12,841 nucleotides of DNA. Origin: Candidatus Aenigmatarchaeota archaeon. Lineage in GTDB: Archaea; Aenigmatarchaeota; Aenigmatarchaeia; CG10238-14; SpSt-28. The notes under the pieces were generated by a model, which was not told the DNA's origin, ran no database searches, and saw only the letters and a program-made list of their open reading frames with translations. Below, piece by piece: positions 7,221-12,841 of the stretch. The stretch is taken from the NCBI GenBank assembly GCA_032249395.1, contig JAVVFY010000014.1, positions 1-12,841 on the forward strand. Direction: 5' to 3'. Each line of letters opens with the position of its first letter. Within the stretch, counting starts at the first letter, position 1. Made by a program: the position numbers and the translations under genes.

Positions 7221-9888
7221 AGCCCAAGCAAAACATTTCGTGTGCCGACCTCAAATCTGCTTCAGGAGAAATATGTAATGGAACTATTTTCCCTTCTGTT
7301 GTTCCCTTTAAACTTCTTTCTGAAATTTTTGCTGACTTAAGAGCATCTAAAAGTCTTAAAGAACCACTATCATTAGCATTAAACTTTGTAATCTTTAGAT
7401 ACTTTTGAACTGCTCTTTTTCTGATTTCGTGAGAAGTTCCTATGTTAACTATGAGAAAATTAATGCCATTTTTCCTCAAAATTGTTTCAAAAGAGTATCC
7501 TGCTACTTGTGAAACCTGTCTATGGGCTGGTTCTCCAAAAACAATTTTGGGCTTACCCCAGCTCCTTACTTTTTCTAAAAATTCTCTTTCGTATTCATTA
7601 TACCACATTTTGTCATAAGGAATTTCAGGGTTAAGAAATGGAAGCCACCAATCTATAAGAAGTTTATTTGGCATTAACCTTCCGTGAGCAGCAATAGCAG
7701 TTAGATTTCTAATTTCGTTTTTTAATGGGTCATATTGATACCAGCATAAGGCGGTATAATCTTGGAAACCAGCGAAGTCGGCTGAAGCAAAAAGTGGTAA
7801 TTTGGGGTCAAATTCTATGGGTTCTATCTGGCATTCGTAAGCTTCAGGGTAATACCTTAGTTTAGGGTCAACATCATAAGAAAGTTCTAATTCTGCTAAA
7901 AATGATAATGGGTCTTCTTTTCTTAGTTCAAACTCTTTTTTGTACCATTCTTCGTCTTTGAATGGATGTTGTTTCCAATGTAAAGTGAAAACCTTACCTT
8001 GTTCTCTTAAGTTATCTACAAATCTTTTTAAGAATTGATTTTCTGTTGGTGTTGAAACATAGATTTTGACCTTTGAAGTATCTTGAACACTTCTTAAGCT
8101 TTCTTCCAAATATGGCCAATAGGCTAATTCATCCATATAAACAACTGAGCAATTATGAGAAACTATAAGATTAGTTACAAAGTTATGCCCTTCAACTTCT
8201 AAATCATAAGTCTCTTCGGGAGGCAATTTTTCAATTTTTCTAACATTTCTGTAATTAAACAACGAATCATACATTTCTCGTGAAGGTTTTTTATATGATT
8301 TAAAATCTGGATTTCTAAAGCAGTCACCAATTAATTCCTTTAGCTTTTCTCCTTGTTTTCCCATAATCTCTACTCTATATATGTTCGTCCCATATCTTTT
8401 ATCATATCTTTCAGTAACTGTCGCAAAAATACCCAAAGAATACAATAGATACCTAACTCCTTCTGCCAACTTTTTAGATGAAGTATGGTAAGTATATCTC
8501 AAAATTTTATTGAAAGAACTTAAGCAAACACTACCATCTCCTATCCACAAACCCCTTAAAAATGCTGTTTTTACTCTTTGAGGAGAAATGAAAATAGGAA
8601 ATGGAACTTCTTTGTCATTGGCATAATAATAACCAACCCCGAAATTTGCTAATAGTCTCTTCACAAATGAAGAATGGATATAAACGTCATAGCAAGGCTT
8701 CTTTTTAACAATTATCCTATCTTTCCAATTATGCCCCCGAAAAATTCCCTCTTCATTTTTTCTAACCGAATATTTCAATTCACCAAAATTCTTTCGCAAT
8801 AACTCTATAAACCTTTCAATAATCTTCGTGTTTGTATTTGAAAATTGAATAGTGCTACTATTTACAATACTTCCCTTTGAAATTAAAAGTCCAATCAATT
8901 CTGCCAAATCTTCATTTAAAACAGTAGGTATTTGAGAGGGGATATTATTATCAGTCGCCTTACTTTCCAGCTTTTCAATCCTGTAATAATCAGAATTTAT
9001 CAATTGAGGGATTTTTCTTACATCAAAAATTTTTACTTTGTCTCCAACTTTCAAATCTTTTAGGGGAACCCAAATTTCTTTTTTGTTTCTTAAAACCTTT
9101 ACGGGATGGTCTTTTGTTCCCTTCAGAACAATATTACCCCCTAATCTGACTTTTATGATTTCTTCTGGGGGCAATTTAATATACCTCAAAATTTTCTTTT
9201 TCTCCCCATTTTCGTCAATAACATATGGATACATTTCATCAACAATTTTCTTAATTGGCATAAATCCCTTGTCAGTTAAGACTAAAGTATCACCAGTAAC
9301 ACATCTATGACCCCTCCCGAAGTTAGGATTAGCACTTTCTCCGTATAATACACTTCCATTTTCAGGATTGATTAACTTCATATGATTGTCGTGAAATTTC
9401 TTTTTGAAGTTTTTAGGGAAAAGCCATTTAGGTTGAGCATAAATAAGATATCTTATCTTGCCAAATATAGAACTTATGGCCTTATTATCAACTTCCACTT
9501 CTTTTCTTGAACCTATAAGAGCTGAAAATTTTTCTGTAAATAGCCAATGATAAACGAGCCAATGAACTATGGTCCAAGTAACTCCCATATCTCTTGATTT
9601 TTCTATATAAAGAACATCACCATCGTAAAATGCTTTTTCAAGTCTATAAATCAAATCTGCTTGATAGTCAAAGGGAACAAAAATAATATCTGGTTCTTGA
9701 ATGTTTCTTGGTTCATATACCCAACCACAGATTTCTATCCATTTGTAGATGTTTTTCTGAAATTCTCGGTAAAGATAAACTCTTGCTTCATAAGAAAGTT
9801 CGGCAGCTCTCAAAAGCTCAAATCTTGTATCGATATATTTCTGATATTCTTCTGATTTAAGATATTCTTGAAGTTTTTCTAGGTTCAT
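7153..9888 (-). CDS. terL: Terminase large subunit containing an intein (911-aa precursor, ~527 aa spliced)
   Basis: Adenine-binding FDYQ, Walker A EKSRDMGVTW, GRG motif then Walker B VVYMDE, coupling motif VSTP, and a C-terminal RNase H-like ASADFAG...D region. Confidence 0.93.
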   Translation of the reverse strand: MNLEKLQEYLKSEEYQKYIDTRFELLRAAELSYEARVYLYREFQKNIYKWIEICGWVYEPRNIQEPDIIFVPFDYQADLIYRLEKAFYDGDVLYIEKSRDMGVTWTIVHWLVYHWLFTEKFSALIGSRKEVEVDNKAISSIFGKIRYLIYAQPKWLFPKNFKKKFHDNHMKLINPENGSVLYGESANPNFGRGHRCVTGDTLVLTDKGFMPIKKIVDEMYPYVIDENGEKKKILRYIKLPPEEIIKVRLGGNIVLKGTKDHPVKVLRNKKEIWVPLKDLKVGDKVKIFDVRKIPQLINSDYYRIEKLESKATDNNIPSQIPTVLNEDLAELIGLLISKGSIVNSSTIQFSNTNTKIIERFIELLRKNFGELKYSVRKNEEGIFRGHNWKDRIIVKKKPCYDVYIHSSFVKRLLANFGVGYYYANDKEVPFPIFISPQRVKTAFLRGLWIGDGSVCLSSFNKILRYTYHTSSKKLAEGVRYLLYSLGIFATVTERYDKRYGTNIYRVEIMGKQGEKLKELIGDCFRNPDFKSYKKPSREMYDSLFNYRNVRKIEKLPPEETYDLEVEGHNFVTNLIVSHNCSVVYMDELAYWPYLEESLRSVQDTSKVKIYVSTPTENQFLKRFVDNLREQGKVFTLHWKQHPFKDEEWYKKEFELRKEDPLSFLAELELSYDVDPKLRYYPEAYECQIEPIEFDPKLPLFASADFAGFQDYTALCWYQYDPLKNEIRNLTAIAAHGRLMPNKLLIDWWLPFLNPEIPYDKMWYNEYEREFLEKVRSWGKPKIVFGEPAHRQVSQVAGYSFETILRKNGINFLIVNIGTSHEIRKRAVQKYLKITKFNANDSGSLRLLDALKSAKISERSLKGTTEGKIVPLHISPEADLRSAHEMFCLGFDVFFKGNTLGGPKISTYAKRY
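8152..9303 (-). mobile_element. Intein with LAGLIDADG homing-endonuclease domain (384 aa, precursor residues 196-579)
   Basis: Block A CVTGDTLVLT, block B GTKDHPV, block C LAELIGLLISKGS, block E FLRGLWIGDGS, block H LAEGVRYLLYSLGI, blocks F/G TYDLEVEGHNFVTNLIVSHN followed by +1 Cys. Confidence 0.95.
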
Positions 9889-10577
9889 TTGACATTACTT
9901 CTTCTCACATACTTTAATAAAAATTCTTTTTTCTTTTCTGGATTATTTTGGTCTTGTTCCACAATCTTCAAACTTTTTATCATTTCTTCATCGGGTTTGT
10001 AGTCAATAGAGAGAATGTGATACAAAGAAGACATCGTTTTTAGAGAGGTAAAGAATGTTGCTGGATGTTCTTTGGCAAGTTTTTTGAGATATTGCGGAGT
10101 TACTAAATCTAACATATGCGCTATTTTTTCTTCAACTCTTTTAAGCAAATCTAAGCCCTTAATGATTTCTATTGATTGCAAATCTCTTAATCTCCTTTGT
10201 GTGGGAACAATCGCTCCAGTTTTAGCGTCAATCTGATAATGTCTTACAACCCAATAAAAACTCTTTAATTCGGTAAGGGCGTTATAGATTTTAGTTGTAA
10301 TGTATTCGGGGTTTCTTTGTAAAAACTTACCAAGATTAACTGCCAACATTCTTGCAATTCCTATGCTTCTTTGAGGATTATAGCCAAAAACTTCTTGAAA
10401 TTTTTCATCAAACCATTCTGGAATAAGTTTTTTCTTGTCTTCCTTGTTTTTTTCTCTTGCTATAATTTCCTCAACTTGAAAAAATTCAATAAGTCTATCT
10501 TCGCCAATAGCTTCAATAAACTTTTCAAGCTTATAATCACTAAAAAGTTGTCTTATGTTTTGGTAAGCTTTAGCCAT
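9885..10577 (-). CDS. Hypothetical protein, candidate terminase small subunit
   Basis: 230 aa helical protein directly upstream of terL with an ATGA overlap. Assignment is positional only. Confidence 0.5.
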   Translation of the reverse strand: MAKAYQNIRQLFSDYKLEKFIEAIGEDRLIEFFQVEEIIAREKNKEDKKKLIPEWFDEKFQEVFGYNPQRSIGIARMLAVNLGKFLQRNPEYITTKIYNALTELKSFYWVVRHYQIDAKTGAIVPTQRRLRDLQSIEIIKGLDLLKRVEEKIAHMLDLVTPQYLKKLAKEHPATFFTSLKTMSSLYHILSIDYKPDEEMIKSLKIVEQDQNNPEKKKEFLLKYVRRSNVK

Positions 10578-10596
10578 TTAGCAAAAAGCCAAGAAA

Positions 10597-10854
10597 TTAA
10601 GACTTATTATCTGGTTTTAGAACCACTAGAACATTGGCATCGAACTGATATTTGCCCATAATTTTTATAATTCTTCGGAGAAGTTTCATTGTTCTTCCTT
10701 TTCTACCCAATATTTTTCCCTTGTATTCACCAGCACAATCTATCACAACTTCTAATCCTTTTAGGGTTTGTTTTGAAGTTAAGCTTACATCTACTCCAAA
10801 AACTAACTTGATTAAGTTCTTAATTGCTTGTTCTATTTGACTAACTTCTGTCAT
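10597..10854 (-). CDS. khpA: KH-domain RNA-binding protein (KhpA/UPF0109-like)
   Basis: 85-aa single domain with GKILGRKGRTMKLLRRII, matching the KhpA signature GKVIGKxGRTxxAIR (GxxG loop), and similar size and layout. Confidence 0.8.
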   Translation of the reverse strand: MTEVSQIEQAIKNLIKLVFGVDVSLTSKQTLKGLEVVIDCAGEYKGKILGRKGRTMKLLRRIIKIMGKYQFDANVLVVLKPDNKS

Positions 10855-10865
10855 CTTTCATCTAA

Positions 10866-10895
10866 ATTATAAATACACTTTTTCTTATTTGTCAA
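10866..10895 (-). promoter_or_regulatory. Consensus sigma70-type promoter for the KH-terminase-portal operon (near-leaderless)
   Basis: TTGACA (10895-10890), 18-nt spacer, TATAAT (10871-10866). The ATG is only 11 nt downstream of the -10 box. Confidence 0.75.
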
Positions 10896-10919
10896 GTTTT
10901 TTGAGTAAAATTAAATAAC

Positions 10920-11987
10920 ATGAAAGACATAGAAGAGTTCAAAAATAAAATAATATGTGGCGATAGTTTCAGTATTTTAAAAAAAATTCCAGACAATTCT
11001 ATTGATTGTATTATAACTTCTCCTCCTTACTGGTCCTGCCGTTCTTATTTGCCAGAGACTGATGAAAACAAAAAATTTGAAATAGGCCTAGAAGACCATC
11101 CACAAGAATACATTGACAAAATTGTGGAAATATCTTTGGAATGTATAAGAGTTCTTAAAAAAACTGGAGTTTTTTTTCTAAATTTAGGAGATGTTTTTTA
11201 TACTTCGTCTCATCAAGGGGGAACAGACAGATTAAATAAAGAATTCAACAAAATCTATAACCACAGAGTAAATATAAGAGGCAAATATAAAGATAATTGG
11301 CTTCAACAGAAAGGAAGATTGTTATTACCAATGAGAATAGCAATAGAACTCCAAAATAGGGGAGTAATAATCAGAGATGTTATTATTTGGGCTAAAAAGA
11401 TTACTAAATACCCCGAAAAAACATCAATAGGAACTGCAATGCCATTTCCAGTTAGAGATAGACTTTTACATGCTTTTGAATATATTTTCCAAATTGTTAA
11501 GTCTAAAAAATATTACTTTGACTTATCTCAAATTAAAACTCAAATTAAAAGAAGTTCTAGCTTAAGCCATCAAAATCCTATGGTAGAAGCTTATAAAGAG
11601 GATAATCCACATAAAAAAACTATGGCTGAAGTAGAAAAATTTAGAAAAAGATATTCTATAGCTTCTCAAGTAAAAAATTGGAATATTCAGCTTTCAAAAG
11701 AACTAAGTGGAGCAAATCCTACAAATGTTTTAATGTTTAAGGTTGAAAATCAATATTCAGTTCCCTCTGGACACTATGCTAAATTTCCTACTTCATTAGC
11801 AGAATTCTTCATCTTAGCAGGATGTCCTAAAGACGGAATTGTTTTAGACCCATTTTGTGGGAGTGGAACTACTTGTGTAGTTGCTAAAAATTTAGGAAGA
11901 AACTATATAGGAATTGACTTAAATCCTAAATATTGTGAAATTGCTGAAAAAAGATTAGAAAATACACAATCTCCGTTAGCCCCCTAA
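10920..11987 (+). CDS. Orphan beta-class amino (N4-C/N6-A) DNA methyltransferase
   Basis: N-terminal motif IV IITSPPY and C-terminal motif I VLDPFCGSGTT, plus H-x-A-x-FP and IGIDLNPKY. No restriction endonuclease is adjacent in the window. Confidence 0.93.
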   Translation: MKDIEEFKNKIICGDSFSILKKIPDNSIDCIITSPPYWSCRSYLPETDENKKFEIGLEDHPQEYIDKIVEISLECIRVLKKTGVFFLNLGDVFYTSSHQGGTDRLNKEFNKIYNHRVNIRGKYKDNWLQQKGRLLLPMRIAIELQNRGVIIRDVIIWAKKITKYPEKTSIGTAMPFPVRDRLLHAFEYIFQIVKSKKYYFDLSQIKTQIKRSSSLSHQNPMVEAYKEDNPHKKTMAEVEKFRKRYSIASQVKNWNIQLSKELSGANPTNVLMFKVENQYSVPSGHYAKFPTSLAEFFILAGCPKDGIVLDPFCGSGTTCVVAKNLGRNYIGIDLNPKYCEIAEKRLENTQSPLAP

Positions 11988-11988
11988 A

Positions 11989-12066
11989 TTTGCTCTGAGA
12001 GAAAACTTTCTAGAAGGTCAAATATAAAGATACTTGCCCGCTAAAAAAAATTTGTCTCAGAGCAAA
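11989..12066. repeat. 12-bp perfect inverted repeat with a 54-bp spacer right after the methyltransferase stop
   Basis: TTTGCTCTGAGA (11989-12000) and TCTCAGAGCAAA (12055-12066). Confidence 0.8.
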
Positions 12067-12299
12067 ATAGAGTCATCCACCCATAAAATAACCATAATTA
12101 GCATTAAAAAACCCTTTATTTTAGGCCTTTTTTAGCAAAGAGGACAGTAATTCAAAAAACCAATTTTTTCAAGAAAAATCGAACAAATCAAAAACTTAGC
12201 TCAAAAAGGGGGTATCAAGCCTCCCAAAGGGCAGGATTAAGGCTAAAAGGGGTCACATAATGAGGGGGGAATAACCCCAAAATTATAGCAAAAAGCAAA

Positions 12300-12700
12300 A
12301 CCTCGTGGCAAAAATCCCATTCCCAAGCCTAAACTCAACCATAAAAGCCTAAATTTTTCTCGTTTTTTCTTACTTTTTTAAACCCAAAAACTCAAAAATC
12401 AAGCCCCCAAAACCAAAAATTCAGCCCTAAACTAACAAAAACAAGCATACAAAAGTCCAAAATCATTTCCCTAAAACATCAAAACAAACTCCAAAAAACC
12501 AACAAAAAAGACACAAAAATTACAAAAAAACAAGCTAAAAAGAGAAAAATTGAGCTTAAAACCTGTAAAAACAAGCCAAAAAGCCTAAAAAACAAGCCAA
12601 AACTCCTTTCAAAGTTCGTAAAATAAACCTTCTGCGAACCTAAAAGATCAAAAAACAAAGCAAAAACTAGCTTTTCAGGAACCTTTCTGTCAAAAAAGCT
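12300..12700. repeat. A/C-skewed non-coding region with phased A-tracts and short repeats (AAAACAAGC x4, AAGCCTAAA x3)
   Basis: No ORF >=60 aa. A5-A7 tracts start at ~12493, 12504, 12515, 12524, 12537 and 12545. Confidence 0.65.
12613..12640. other. Putative Xer/dif-like recombination site (11-6-11)
   Basis: AGTTCGTAAAA-TAAACC-TTCTGCGAACC. The reverse-complement arm GGTTCGCAGAA matches the E. coli dif XerC arm GGTGCGCATAA at 9/11. Confidence 0.55.
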
Positions 12701-12747
12701 TGAAACTTCCCCGAAAACTTAAAGGCCTTTCAAAAAGCTGGGGATTA

Positions 12748-12841
12748 TATACTTTTCTAATCACCTTTCTCTATACTTTTCTAATCCACCTTCTCTATAC
12801 TTTACCAATGAGGTAATATATACTTTACTAATCACCCTTCT
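12748..12841. repeat. Tandem 23-24-bp direct repeats, iteron-like (consensus TATACTTTWCTAATCACCYTTCTC), running to the window edge
   Basis: Units start at 12748, 12772, 12796 (degenerate second half) and 12819. Confidence 0.85.

Noticed and set aside
4018..9888. Stop-codon reassignment (code 15, 25 or 4)
   Set aside because: Long genes are intact under code 11. TGA at 9885 forms a normal ATGA overlap, TGA at 4018 directly precedes a promoter, and TAG ends terL at a plausible length.
3857..10840. Plus-strand ORFs of 62-96 aa (3857, 4318, 4586, 5301, 6104, 7205, 9038, 9661, 10371, 10652)
   Set aside because: All are antisense shadows of well-supported minus-strand genes. Their F/L/S/I-rich composition is what the reverse complement of K/E-rich codons produces.
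10841..10861. Out-of-frame mini-ORF ATG AAA GAT GAC AGA AGT TAG overlapping the KH start
   Set aside because: Its ATG is only 4 nt from the -10 box, probably upstream of the transcription start, and is likely chance.
10880..10919. Plus-strand promoter for the methyltransferase
   Set aside because: Only weak matches (TTGTCA...TAAATA or TAAAAT) in very AT-rich DNA, which is not enough to call.
10920..11987. Complete restriction-modification system
   Set aside because: No endonuclease ORF flanks the methyltransferase within the window.
12748..12841. Possible CRISPR mini-array
   Set aside because: Units are contiguous with a 23-24-bp period and no unique spacers of CRISPR length, and no cas genes are present.

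Overview
AT-rich tailed-phage (Caudoviricetes) segment. On the minus strand it carries a tightly packed DNA-packaging and head module: KhpA-like KH RNA-binding protein, putative small terminase, large terminase with a 384-aa LAGLIDADG intein, portal, two very basic small proteins, scaffold, decoration-like protein, gpT-type major capsid protein, small beta-rich structural proteins and a coiled-coil ORF running off the left edge. A divergent orphan beta-class DNA methyltransferase follows, then about 850 bp of non-coding DNA with an inverted repeat, phased A-tracts, a 28-bp Xer/dif-like site and 24-bp iteron-like repeats. The most unusual signal is that the genes show no evident Shine-Dalgarno sequences, while five start codons have GGTCG 20-22 nt upstream, even where this falls inside the upstream coding sequence. 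The operon is headed by a KH RNA-binding protein and preceded by consensus sigma70 promoters, suggesting a non-canonical translation-initiation or post-transcriptional control system. Family assignments come from motif recognition and gene order, not from database searches.
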